Positions 9,224 to 18,340 of a stretch of 49,560 bases of DNA are shown piece by piece. The notes under the pieces are model-generated. The model was not told the DNA's origin. It did not search any database and was given only the letters and a program-made list of their open reading frames with translations. The translations under genes and the position numbers were made by a program. The first letter of the stretch is position 1, and each line of letters begins with the position of its first letter. Source of the stretch: Conexivisphaerales archaeon (GTDB taxonomy: Archaea > Thermoproteota > Nitrososphaeria > Conexivisphaerales > DTJL01); contig JBEKZX010000007.1 in assembly GCA_049509455.1 (NCBI GenBank), forward strand, positions 1 to 49,560, given 5' to 3'.

Positions 9224-11112
9224 CCGGAAAGCCTCCTGAGGCCGGGGTACTTCGTCTTGATGACCTCCACCAGGATGGGAACTACCTTCAAGGCGTCTCC
9301 CACGACACCGTAGTTACAGGAGTTGAAGATGGGCGCTTCGGGGTCCAGGTTGAGCGCAATCACTATCTCCGCCCCCTGCATCCCCACAAGGTGCTGTATC
9401 GCTCCGGAGATGCCGACGGCTAGGTAGAGCTTAGGCCTCACCGTCTTCCCCGTCTGGCCCACCTGGCTCTCCTTGTCAGCGAATCCCGATTCCACGGCCT
9501 TCCTAGATGCACCCACCGCCCCACCGAGAGCCTCGGCGAGCTCCTCCACCATGTGAAAGTTCTTGGAGGAGGTGAGGCCCATCCCTCCCGAGACGACGAC
9601 GTCTGCCTCCTGGACCATCCCCTGCCTCTCTATCCATTTGAAGTCCAGCAGCTTCGTGGGGATCTCATCCTCCTTCAGATCGATCTTGAACTCGACGATC
9701 TCCCCCTTCGCCGCGCCCTTCGAGGGCTTCGCGAAGACGCCGGGCCTTACCGTGCTCATCTGAGGAACGTGCTTTGGCGTCATAATCACCGCCAGCTGGC
9801 TTCCCCCGAAGGTGGGCCTGATCTGCAGCATGAGGCCCGTCCCCGGCTCCACATCCATCATCGTGCAGTCCGCCGTCAGCCCCGTCCCAAGGTTGGTGGC
9901 CACCATCCCGGCAAGGTCTCGGCCGTTGCGTGTCGCGCCGATAAATATCACCTGCGGCTTCTTCTCAGAGGCGACTTGCGAAAAGGCCCTCGCATAGGGG
10001 AAAGTCCGGTAGTGCCTGAGGAGCGGGTGTTGCACGAGGTAGACCCTCGATGCACCGTATCGAAGGGCCTCCTCCGCTATGGCGTGCGCATCGTCGCCTA
10101 TGACGATGGCTTCAAGCTGCGTGTCCAGCTTTCTAGCCACCCTGGCACCTTCGCCTAGGAGCTCCCAAGAGACGTCGGCCACGCGACCCTCGTTCTGTTC
10201 CACGTAAGCCCAGACGCCGCTATAGGCCATCTTGGGGTCGTGCTTCACCACGGGCTGGACCTCTTCGCGTGCCGATGCAGCCCCTTCTGCCGCCTCCTTG
10301 CCCCCGAAGATCTTGAGGGTAGCGAGCCTCTCAGCCAACCATTCGGCCGCCTTCGCAGGGTCCCCCCTCCCGTCGAAGATCTCGCCCCTCCCACGGGGTT
10401 TTGGGATAAACATCCTCTTCACGATCGTGGGCGAGCCGGCGAGCCCCGTCTTGGCAGGATCAGCCTGAATAGCCTCCTTGTTCCACAGATCCACCTTGGC
10501 CGCCCTCCCCCTGAAAAGCCCTTCCAGCGTCGCCCTGCGTGGGTGATTCGTCTCTTCGAGCACGGAGATGGCGGCAGGCATGGAGACCTTGATGGTCTCC
10601 ACCAAGTCCTCCGCCTTGCGGACTGCCACGGCGAACATCTCCTTCGGGTTAACTTCTTCGACCTTGATGGTGTAGGTAATAATGGGGATGCCCATCCTCG
10701 CGGCAACGCCCGGCCCAACCTGGCCGGTCTCACCGTCGAGGGCCTTGTTGCCGAAGAAGAGGAGGTCAATCGCTCCCTCCTCTCGCTCCAGCTTGCTCAA
10801 GGCGGCGTGCAGGGTGTAGCTGGTGGCATAGGTGTCCGCCCCGGCCATAGCTCGATCGGTTATCAGGATGGCCCTGTCGACGCCCATGGAGACGAGCTCC
10901 CTGAGGGCAGCGTCCGCCTGAGGAGGGCCCATGGTCATGGCCACGACCCTAGCCCCGAACATATCCTTCAGTCTCAAGGCCTCCTCCGCGGCGTTCAAGT
11001 CCGTCGGATTGATCACCGCGGGTATGCCCTCCCGCACCAAGGTCCCCTTCTCTGGATCGATCTTGATCTCCGTCGTGTCAGGGACTTGTTTGATGCAGAC
11101 TACGGCGAGCAA
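9220..11112 (-). CDS. fixAB: Fused FixA-FixB (EtfB-EtfA), bifurcating-type ETF
   Basis: KQVPDT...TLVREG...INPTD and DGETGQVGP (beta); TRNGRDLAG, GLTADC, RPTFGG, QVGQTGKTV, GISGAIQH (alpha). Confidence 0.93.
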   Translation of the reverse strand: MLAVVCIKQVPDTTEIKIDPEKGTLVREGIPAVINPTDLNAAEEALRLKDMFGARVVAMTMGPPQADAALRELVSMGVDRAILITDRAMAGADTYATSYTLHAALSKLEREEGAIDLLFFGNKALDGETGQVGPGVAARMGIPIITYTIKVEEVNPKEMFAVAVRKAEDLVETIKVSMPAAISVLEETNHPRRATLEGLFRGRAAKVDLWNKEAIQADPAKTGLAGSPTIVKRMFIPKPRGRGEIFDGRGDPAKAAEWLAERLATLKIFGGKEAAEGAASAREEVQPVVKHDPKMAYSGVWAYVEQNEGRVADVSWELLGEGARVARKLDTQLEAIVIGDDAHAIAEEALRYGASRVYLVQHPLLRHYRTFPYARAFSQVASEKKPQVIFIGATRNGRDLAGMVATNLGTGLTADCTMMDVEPGTGLMLQIRPTFGGSQLAVIMTPKHVPQMSTVRPGVFAKPSKGAAKGEIVEFKIDLKEDEIPTKLLDFKWIERQGMVQEADVVVSGGMGLTSSKNFHMVEELAEALGGAVGASRKAVESGFADKESQVGQTGKTVRPKLYLAVGISGAIQHLVGMQGAEIVIALNLDPEAPIFNSCNYGVVGDALKVVPILVEVIKTKYPGLRRLSG

Positions 11113-11187
11113 GACCTCATGCCTTTGGACGGCCTACCGGATGTGACGTATATAATAGGTTCTGAAATCGCGCATACTTACGGGACG

Positions 11188-12459
11188 CTAGAGGCTGCCA
11201 AGGAGCTCCTCTCTCTTGACCCGCTCTTCCTTCCTCGTGTCCATATCGCGGACCACCAGTTTGCCATGAGAATACTCCGCGGGTCCCACTATGACCACCT
11301 TCGAGGCGTTAGCCCGAGCCGACTCCTGAAGCTGCCTAGCGAGGGTCCGCCTCTGGAGGTCTGTCACCGTCGCAACACCCTGTTCGCGCAGCTCGGCCGC
11401 GACCGCCAGAGCCTCCCGGACCAGGCCGCCTGCAGCAGCCACATAGACCGGCCTGGCCGACGCCGCCCCTTGAGACCGGCCCTTCTCTAAGGATATCATG
11501 AGCCTCTCGGCCCCGCCTGCCACGCCAGTTGCAGGGAGGTCCTTTCTCCCGAATATGCTCGGGAGCAGGTCGTAGCGGCCTCCCCCGGCTAGGGCACCGA
11601 GGCTGGGGTCTTTCAAATCGAACGCCTCATACACGGTTGAAGTGTAATAGTCGATCCCGCGCACGATCTTGACGCTGAGCCCGATCTTCGCGTGGCCGCC
11701 CGAGAGCTCATCCAGAAGTTCGGCGAGGCCGGAGGCCGACTCCAGCGATTCCTCTTGCAGCTTGGACATGACCTCGGAAGGGCTCCCCTCGAGGGCCCCG
11801 AAGTCCAAGAGGTGGTCAATGGCATCTTCCGAGAAGCCCTTCGCTCCGTACTCTTCCTCCAGCTCCGTCCTAGTCTTCTTGTCGATTTTGTCGAGGGCCC
11901 TCATGAGCTCTACGGCCCGGTCGCCAGTGAAGCCCAGCTTCTTCTCGATGAACTCCTGCACGAGCCGCCTGTCGCCGATCTTCACGACGTGCTCTCGGAC
12001 CCCAGCCTTCCTGAGGAGGTGACTGGTGAACTCGATCATCTCAGCATCCGCCTCGGGGTTGGCGCTGCCGTAGGTCTCCACGTCCCACTGGTAGAACCAT
12101 CGATACCGGGCGTGCTGCGGCTCGTCGTACCTGAACACGCCGCCGAAGCTCCCCAGCCTGATGGGGAGGGCGGCCGCCCTGTCGAAACACGCGTACCTGG
12201 TGAGGCCCACGGTAAGGTCAAAACGAAGGCCAATCTCCCTGTCGCCCTTGTCTTTGAAGTTATAGATCTCATCTCGGATCCCGGGGCCGCTCTTCTCCTC
12301 AAGAGTCTCGATGGGCTCCAGCGGGGCGGGCTCCATCAGCTTGAAACCGTACAGCTTAGACAGCTCCACGAAGATCTCTCTCAGCCCTTCGAGCCTCTCG
12401 AACTCCTCGGGCGAATAGTCCTTTATCCCACGCAAAGGCTTCAATCTTGGCAACTCCAC
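11188..12459 (-). CDS. hisS: Histidyl-tRNA synthetase
   Basis: LRFDLTV, FRYDEPQ..RYR.F.Q (motif 2), RGIDYYT, GGGRYD, C-terminal anticodon-binding domain. Confidence 0.97.
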   Translation of the reverse strand: MELPRLKPLRGIKDYSPEEFERLEGLREIFVELSKLYGFKLMEPAPLEPIETLEEKSGPGIRDEIYNFKDKGDREIGLRFDLTVGLTRYACFDRAAALPIRLGSFGGVFRYDEPQHARYRWFYQWDVETYGSANPEADAEMIEFTSHLLRKAGVREHVVKIGDRRLVQEFIEKKLGFTGDRAVELMRALDKIDKKTRTELEEEYGAKGFSEDAIDHLLDFGALEGSPSEVMSKLQEESLESASGLAELLDELSGGHAKIGLSVKIVRGIDYYTSTVYEAFDLKDPSLGALAGGGRYDLLPSIFGRKDLPATGVAGGAERLMISLEKGRSQGAASARPVYVAAAGGLVREALAVAAELREQGVATVTDLQRRTLARQLQESARANASKVVIVGPAEYSHGKLVVRDMDTRKEERVKREELLGSL

Positions 12460-13418
12460 TAGGCCGTCAATGAAGAAAGCTCGGCCAGAAGGGCCGTCAG
12501 CTGAATCTCGGCGTGGGCACCTTCTAGAAGCCTGAAGTCGTAGTCGGCCATGAGCTTGGCCGCCTTCGTCTGGTCCACCCCCTTAATGTCTGAAAGATCC
12601 TGGTAGACGTATTTCAGCACGTCCGTCTCGGGCATCCCATAAACCTTCAGGAGCTCGACCAGTATCTCGCGGGCCTTCTTGAATTCGCCCTTTACGGCCA
12701 GCTGCACCATCTCCTTGACGGAAGCCCTCTTTGATACGCCGTACACACGTTTCACGTTAGCCTCGTTGACCTCTCCCACAGAAGCCGTCGTCTGCAGCTG
12801 GTTAATGGCCTGACGGAGGTCTCCGTCGCTCAGCTCATAGATTATCTTAAGGGCTCCTTCCGTGGCCTTTACGCCTTCATGTTTGCATATGTTTCCAAGG
12901 CAGTTTACAACGTCGGAATCAGGGAGCCTCGTGAACCTGAAGACGGCGCATCGACTCTGGATGGGTTCGATTATGCCCGTGGAGTAGTTGGCGGTCAGCA
13001 CGAAACGGGTGGTCTTCGAGTACTCCTCCATTATCCTCCTCAAGGCTGTCTGAGAGTCGTTCGTCATGGAATCTGCCTCGTCGAGTATGACAAGCCTGAA
13101 GGGGATGTCAGCCCTCTTGTCCGTGTGCCGGGCGAAGACCTTCACTTTCATGCGGACGTCGTCTATCCTGCGCTCATCCGAAGCGTTGAGCTCCAGGGTG
13201 AAATCGCGCCAATACTCCTTCAAGAGCTGTCTGGCCATGCAGTTGGCGACGGTAGTCTTCCCCGAACCTGGGGGACCAGTGAAAAGTAGATGGGGCATGT
13301 CGTCGGGCTTCTTGATGATGGCCGAGAGCCTCTCCACGATGTCCGCCTGGTCCACGAGATCGCTCAGGACCTGTGGTCGATATTTCTCGACCCACATCAG
13401 TGTCTCGTCGTATTCCAT
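12459..13418 (-). CDS. rfcS: Replication factor C small subunit
   Basis: WVEKYRP, GPPGSGKT, LELNASDER, LDEAD, SRC motif. Start trimmed to ATG 13418. Confidence 0.97.
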   Translation of the reverse strand: MEYDETLMWVEKYRPQVLSDLVDQADIVERLSAIIKKPDDMPHLLFTGPPGSGKTTVANCMARQLLKEYWRDFTLELNASDERRIDDVRMKVKVFARHTDKRADIPFRLVILDEADSMTNDSQTALRRIMEEYSKTTRFVLTANYSTGIIEPIQSRCAVFRFTRLPDSDVVNCLGNICKHEGVKATEGALKIIYELSDGDLRQAINQLQTTASVGEVNEANVKRVYGVSKRASVKEMVQLAVKGEFKKAREILVELLKVYGMPETDVLKYVYQDLSDIKGVDQTKAAKLMADYDFRLLEGAHAEIQLTALLAELSSLTA

Positions 13419-13483
13419 CTCGTCTCGCAGCCGCCGTCTATAGCAACCCCCGACCGTTATTAAAGATAGGTGATTTGTGCTAC

Positions 13484-13522
13484 GGGTAATCATTAATTAA
13501 CCCTGACACTTATGACCATAAG
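13484..13522. promoter_or_regulatory. AT-rich divergent promoter region rfcS/gins23 with palindromes
   Basis: TTAATTAA (13493-13500) and CTTATG-AC-CATAAG (13509-13522) just upstream of the gins23 start. Confidence 0.5.
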
Positions 13523-13530
13523 AAAAGGAG

Positions 13531-14085
13531 TTGCCAAAGGATTCCTTGCAGCAATTCCGGACCTTCGTGATCAACAGGGAGGCATCCTTCTTGATGTCCC
13601 CCGTAAAGGTCACCGCAAGGACTGACATCCCCGAGGCCAAGCTGAGCACCTTCGAGCTTCCGGAGGTGGGCGAAGGGGAGGTCGTCGAGGTCCCACGGTG
13701 GGTGGCGGAGGTCCTGGAGGAGAACAACCTAGTCAACCTCGGGGAGGAAGGCGTCGAACCGGAGCTGTTCAGGGCACTGCAGCGCGAGAAGCTCCAGGGG
13801 CCGACGCAGCCGTCACAGCTCTCCAAGGACCTATACCTCAAGCTTCGCAGACACCTCATGATCCTCCGCAAGAGGAATCCGCATGATCCGCATTACGAGA
13901 AGGTCAAGGTAAGCACCCAAGACCTTGTGACTACGAGGATGGTCAAGATGGTCATCATGGCAGGCTACACTTCGCAGCCCGACCCGGCCAACCTCCTCTC
14001 TCCCGAGGAGCTCCTCCTGTACAGCGAGATTAGGGACCTCATATCGGAGTGGCGCTCGCTGGTGCTGGGTGAAGTGGAATCTTGA
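13531..14085 (+). CDS. gins23: GINS complex subunit (Gins23, Psf2/Psf3-like)
   Basis: EVVEVPRWVAEVL B-domain, L..DLYLKL, LSPEE..LY; coupled to mcm as in cren-/thaumarchaeal operons. Confidence 0.85.
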   Translation: MPKDSLQQFRTFVINREASFLMSPVKVTARTDIPEAKLSTFELPEVGEGEVVEVPRWVAEVLEENNLVNLGEEGVEPELFRALQREKLQGPTQPSQLSKDLYLKLRRHLMILRKRNPHDPHYEKVKVSTQDLVTTRMVKMVIMAGYTSQPDPANLLSPEELLLYSEIRDLISEWRSLVLGEVES

Positions 14086-16127
14086 CGTCCCTGTCGCAGG
14101 CCAAGGTCTCAGAGCAGCTCGAGTTCTTCCTTAAGAGCTTCCAGGCGCCGGACGGCACTCCAAAATACCGCACCAGGATAAGCCAAATGATAGCCGAAGG
14201 GAAGGCCTCGGTCTTGGTCGACTACGAAGACCTCCTCGCCTTCGACACCGACCTCGCCATCACTTTCATCCAGAGGCCCGACTCCATCTTCCCGGCCTTC
14301 AGGGAGGCCGCTTACGAGGCTGTGAAGACAGAGAACCTCACCTACGCCGACGACGTCAGGGACGCCTTGGAAGTCAGAATCAAGGGGATCACCGACAAGC
14401 TCCCCCTAAGGGCCGTCGCGGCGAAGTACCTCGACAGGCTGGTGGCCATCAACGGCATGGTCGTGAGGACGTCCGAGGTCCAGCCTCTGGCCCTGGTGGC
14501 CGCGTTCAGGTGCCCCAACGGCCACATCACTCTCGTCCCCCAGCCGGGCCCCCTGCTGAAGACGCCTACAAAATGCGGCGAATGCGAGGAGTCAAGAAAC
14601 TTGGAGCTGGACAAGGCCTATTCGAAGTTCACCGACTACCAAGTCATCCGCATACAGGAGCTGCCAGAAGAGCTTCCGCCCGGCCAGCTTCCCACCTCCA
14701 TCGACGCGGAGATCGTCGGGGAGATCGTTAGCAAGGCCCGGCCTGGCGACAGGGTAGTGGTCACCGGCGTGGTGAGGGCCGAGCCAGAGACCGCCATCGG
14801 CAGAGGGAAGTTGACCGTCTTCAGGACCAGGCTTCAGACCAATTACGTCGACGTGAGCGGCAAAGAGGCCGATCAGATCCAGATCAACGCGGAGGACGAA
14901 GCCGAGATTAAGCGGATCGCCGCCCTCCCCGACGCCTACGAGAGGCTCATCAACTCGATAGCCCCATCGATATACGGGTTCGAAACGCAGAAGGAGGCGG
15001 TGCTCCTGATGATAACGGGCGCACCGCAGGGAGTCCTCCCCGATGGGACCACAATCAGGGGAGATCTCAACATTCTCATGGTCGGAGATCCTGGGACTGC
15101 TAAGAGTGAGCTGCTGAAGTACGTGTCGCGGGTCTCGCCACGGGGCCTCTACACTACGGGGAGAGGCTCGACCGCAGCTGGGTTGACGGCCGCGGTTGTG
15201 AAAGAGAAGTCTGGGCTCATGATGCTGGAAGCAGGAGCGGTCGTTCTGGCTGATCAAGGAGTTGCCTGCATCGACGAGTTTGACAAGATGAGGGTAGAAG
15301 ACAGGGGCGTCCTCCATGAAGTAATGGAGCAGCAGACCGTGAGCGTCGCCAAGGGAGGGATCGTCGCTACTCTGAACGCCCGCACCTCGATACTCGCAGC
15401 GGCCAATCCGGTTTTCGGGAAGTACGACCCCTACAAGAACATCTACGAGAACGTCAACCTTCCCACTCCGCTTCTCACTAGGTTCGACCTAGTCTTCATA
15501 ATTAGAGACATACCGGACAGGGCAAAGGACGAGAAGCTGGCCTCTCACATACTCGAGACCCACAGGGCCGAGGCCTTCGTCGTGCAGCCGCCCCTGAACT
15601 TCGACATGCTGCGCAAATACCTGATTTACGCTAAGAAGGTGGAACCCAAGCTCACCAAAGACGTCCAGGAGCGTCTCCTTCAGTTCTACCTCGATCTGAG
15701 GGGCTCCAGCACAGAAGGGACCATAGCCATCACCCCTCGCCAGCTAGAGGGGATGATAAGGATCGCGACAGCGCGCGCCCGGCTCCTTCTCAGGGACAAG
15801 GTCATCGTCGAAGACGCGCTACAAGCTATCAACCTGATGCGCAAGATGCTCGAGTCGGTGGGCATCGACGTAAAGACGGGGAAGGTGGACTTGGGCGTTC
15901 TCCAAGGTCGCCCTGCCAGCGAGCGCACCGTCCTCGAGAAGGCCATGGACGTCTTCAGGCAGCTCCACGGCCCCGACAAGAAGCCGGTGGAGGCTAAGGC
16001 CTTTGTGGACGAGCTCGTCAAGACTGGAGACTTCAGCTCCGAAGAGGCCAAGCGCGTCATCACCACCCTCTACAAGCTGGGTCAGATCTACGAGATAAGG
16101 TCAGGCTACTACAGCAAAATATCATAA
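14082..16127 (+). CDS. mcm: Replicative helicase MCM
   Basis: Zn finger CPNGH...CGEC, GDPGTAKS Walker A, CIDEFDKM Walker B, AANP, LLTRFDL Arg finger, C-terminal WH domain. Confidence 0.98.
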   Translation: MTSLSQAKVSEQLEFFLKSFQAPDGTPKYRTRISQMIAEGKASVLVDYEDLLAFDTDLAITFIQRPDSIFPAFREAAYEAVKTENLTYADDVRDALEVRIKGITDKLPLRAVAAKYLDRLVAINGMVVRTSEVQPLALVAAFRCPNGHITLVPQPGPLLKTPTKCGECEESRNLELDKAYSKFTDYQVIRIQELPEELPPGQLPTSIDAEIVGEIVSKARPGDRVVVTGVVRAEPETAIGRGKLTVFRTRLQTNYVDVSGKEADQIQINAEDEAEIKRIAALPDAYERLINSIAPSIYGFETQKEAVLLMITGAPQGVLPDGTTIRGDLNILMVGDPGTAKSELLKYVSRVSPRGLYTTGRGSTAAGLTAAVVKEKSGLMMLEAGAVVLADQGVACIDEFDKMRVEDRGVLHEVMEQQTVSVAKGGIVATLNARTSILAAANPVFGKYDPYKNIYENVNLPTPLLTRFDLVFIIRDIPDRAKDEKLASHILETHRAEAFVVQPPLNFDMLRKYLIYAKKVEPKLTKDVQERLLQFYLDLRGSSTEGTIAITPRQLEGMIRIATARARLLLRDKVIVEDALQAINLMRKMLESVGIDVKTGKVDLGVLQGRPASERTVLEKAMDVFRQLHGPDKKPVEAKAFVDELVKTGDFSSEEAKRVITTLYKLGQIYEIRSGYYSKIS

Positions 16128-16156
16128 ACCGCCCGGCCTAGGGTCTAGAGGGGTTC

Positions 16157-18340
16157 TTGGACGGCATGGAGGTCTACGAGCTGCCATTGGCGGAGGAGGT
16201 CAGGGACCTCCTTGGCCGCCTGGGATATTCCAAGCTCTATCCCACCCAGAGTGCCGCGGTGGATGCAGGCCTGCTGGACGGCCAGAACCTCCTTCTTTCG
16301 ACCCCCACCGCCAGCGGAAAGACACTCGTGGCCATGATGGCCGCTGCCCGCCTGCTGACCGAAAGGGAGAGCAAGGTGGTCTACCTGGCGCCCCTCCGCG
16401 CCCTGGCCTACGAGAAGTACGAGGAGATGTCGGCCCTTACGGCGCTCAAGAACCCCGCCGGCAGGAACGTCAGGGTCGCCATTTCTACGGGCGACTATGA
16501 CTCTAACGGCGAAGAGCTGGGATATGCTGACCTCCTCATCCTCACCAACGAGAAGTTCGACTCCCTCGCTCGCCACCATCCCTCTTGGATGAAGAAGGTG
16601 GGCCTTTTCGTCTTCGATGAAGTGCACCTCCTAGGTGAGGCCGACAGGGGGCCCACGCTCGAAGTCGTCATAACTAGGGTGCTTTCGGAGGGCGGCAGGG
16701 CCCAGCTCCTGGCTCTTTCGGCCACCGTAGCTAACGCCAACCAGGTGGCTGACTGGCTTCACGCCAAATCGGTCTCAATGGTCTGGAGGCCCGTTCCGCT
16801 CAAGCAGGGGGTAGGCTACGAGAACAGGATATACTTTGAGGACGGAGGAGTGCGGCAGCTGAAGTCGTCTTGGGAGATGCCGGCCATCGACCTAGCCCTG
16901 GACAGCATCGCCGACGGCGGCCAGGCCATGATCTTCGCAGAGACGAGGAGGAGGGCCGTCAGCATCGCCACGAAGGCCTCCCCCTACATGGCAAAGACCC
17001 TCTCCTTCGACGAAAGCGCCCGGCTCAGGCTGTACGCTAAGAAGCTCATGGCGGAGGCCGAGGAGACGGAGGTCAGCCGGATCCTAGCGGACTGCGTGCG
17101 CTCCGGCGTAGCCTTCCACCACGCCGGCCTGGCCATGCCCCACAGGAGGGCGGTCGAATCGGCCTTCAAAGAGGGCCTGGTGAAGCTGCTCGTGGCCACC
17201 CCGACCATGGCTGCCGGGGTCAACGTGCCCGCGCGCCGGGTCATATTGGCCAGCCTCTACAGGTACGACTCAAGTTTCGGTGAGAACCGGCCCATCAGCG
17301 TGATGGACTACAAGCAGATGTGCGGCAGGGCTGGACGGCCCAAGTTCGACGAGTATGGAGAGGCCATCACCGTCGCCCAGAGCGAAGAAGAGGTGGACGC
17401 CATCATGGACGCCTACGTGAGGGGCCAGCCCGAGCCCGTCAGGTCGCAGCTGGCCTCCCCCGGCAGCTTCCGGACGCACGCCCTGGGCGTCATCGCCTCG
17501 ACCCCACGGGCCAAAATGGAGATGCTGAAGACATTCTTCCTTTCAACCCTGCTCGCCCAGCAGTACAAGGAGTTCTCAGTCCTCTCCCGACTCCAGAGCT
17601 CCATCAGGTACCTGGAGGGCAACGAGCTGGTTACCATCGATGGCGAAGAAGTCAGGGCCACCCCGCTGGGGAAGAGAATCTCCACCCTCTACATAGACCC
17701 CGAATCGGGTCTGATGTTCATCAAGGCGCTGAAGGACAGGACGGACACGTCCAACGACCTGACGCCCGGCCTCTTGCAGCTGATAACCATGGTGCCCGAT
17801 TACCAGCCGAAGATGGCCCTCCGCGCCAAGGACCAAGGAGACGCCGAGGCCTTCACGGAGGAGTATTCCCAGTTCATGTTCTTCCCCGAAGACTTCGAGT
17901 CGGGCTTTAGCGAGAGCTTCAGGAGCCTCCTTGTCCTGCACGCCTGGATCAACGAATGGAGCGAAGACAAGATTCTCAATGCCTACGGAGCAGAGCCGGG
18001 CGACCTCCACAGGTGCGTCGACGTGGCTGAATGGCTCGCCTACGCGTTCGGCGAGCTGGCCAGGCTCGAGGGATACAGAAAAATCGCCAATAGCCTTTCG
18101 CTGCTTAGGACGCGCATCGACGTCGGGTGCAAGGCGGAGCTACTCCCTCTGGTCCAGCTGAAGGGAGTGGGGCGGGTGAGGGCCAGGAACCTCTTCCAGG
18201 CCGACTTCCGCACCATCAGCTCGATCGCCTCAGCCTCCGTCAAGGACCTCGGCCGCGTCTCCACCATCGGCGAGACCATCGCCGCCAACATCAGGCAGCA
18301 GTCGCAGGCGCTGATGGCCAACGCGAGGGGCGAGGGTTGA
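16157..18340 (+). CDS. hel308: Ski2-like DNA helicase Hel308/Hjm
   Basis: PTASGKT, DEVH, LSAT, FHHAGL, GVNVPAR, QMCGRAGRP, C-terminal HhH (KGVGRVRARNL). Start may be ATG 16166. Confidence 0.96.
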   Translation: MDGMEVYELPLAEEVRDLLGRLGYSKLYPTQSAAVDAGLLDGQNLLLSTPTASGKTLVAMMAAARLLTERESKVVYLAPLRALAYEKYEEMSALTALKNPAGRNVRVAISTGDYDSNGEELGYADLLILTNEKFDSLARHHPSWMKKVGLFVFDEVHLLGEADRGPTLEVVITRVLSEGGRAQLLALSATVANANQVADWLHAKSVSMVWRPVPLKQGVGYENRIYFEDGGVRQLKSSWEMPAIDLALDSIADGGQAMIFAETRRRAVSIATKASPYMAKTLSFDESARLRLYAKKLMAEAEETEVSRILADCVRSGVAFHHAGLAMPHRRAVESAFKEGLVKLLVATPTMAAGVNVPARRVILASLYRYDSSFGENRPISVMDYKQMCGRAGRPKFDEYGEAITVAQSEEEVDAIMDAYVRGQPEPVRSQLASPGSFRTHALGVIASTPRAKMEMLKTFFLSTLLAQQYKEFSVLSRLQSSIRYLEGNELVTIDGEEVRATPLGKRISTLYIDPESGLMFIKALKDRTDTSNDLTPGLLQLITMVPDYQPKMALRAKDQGDAEAFTEEYSQFMFFPEDFESGFSESFRSLLVLHAWINEWSEDKILNAYGAEPGDLHRCVDVAEWLAYAFGELARLEGYRKIANSLSLLRTRIDVGCKAELLPLVQLKGVGRVRARNLFQADFRTISSIASASVKDLGRVSTIGETIAANIRQQSQALMANARGEG

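Noticed and set aside
13419-13530. Replication origin between replication genes
   Set aside because: No ORB-like GTTCCAGTGGAAAC/G-string elements, no adjacent cdc6/orc1, and the region is short.
15470-15490. MCM arginine finger TRF instead of SRF
   Set aside because: Conservative change with the catalytic Arg retained; probably lineage-typical.
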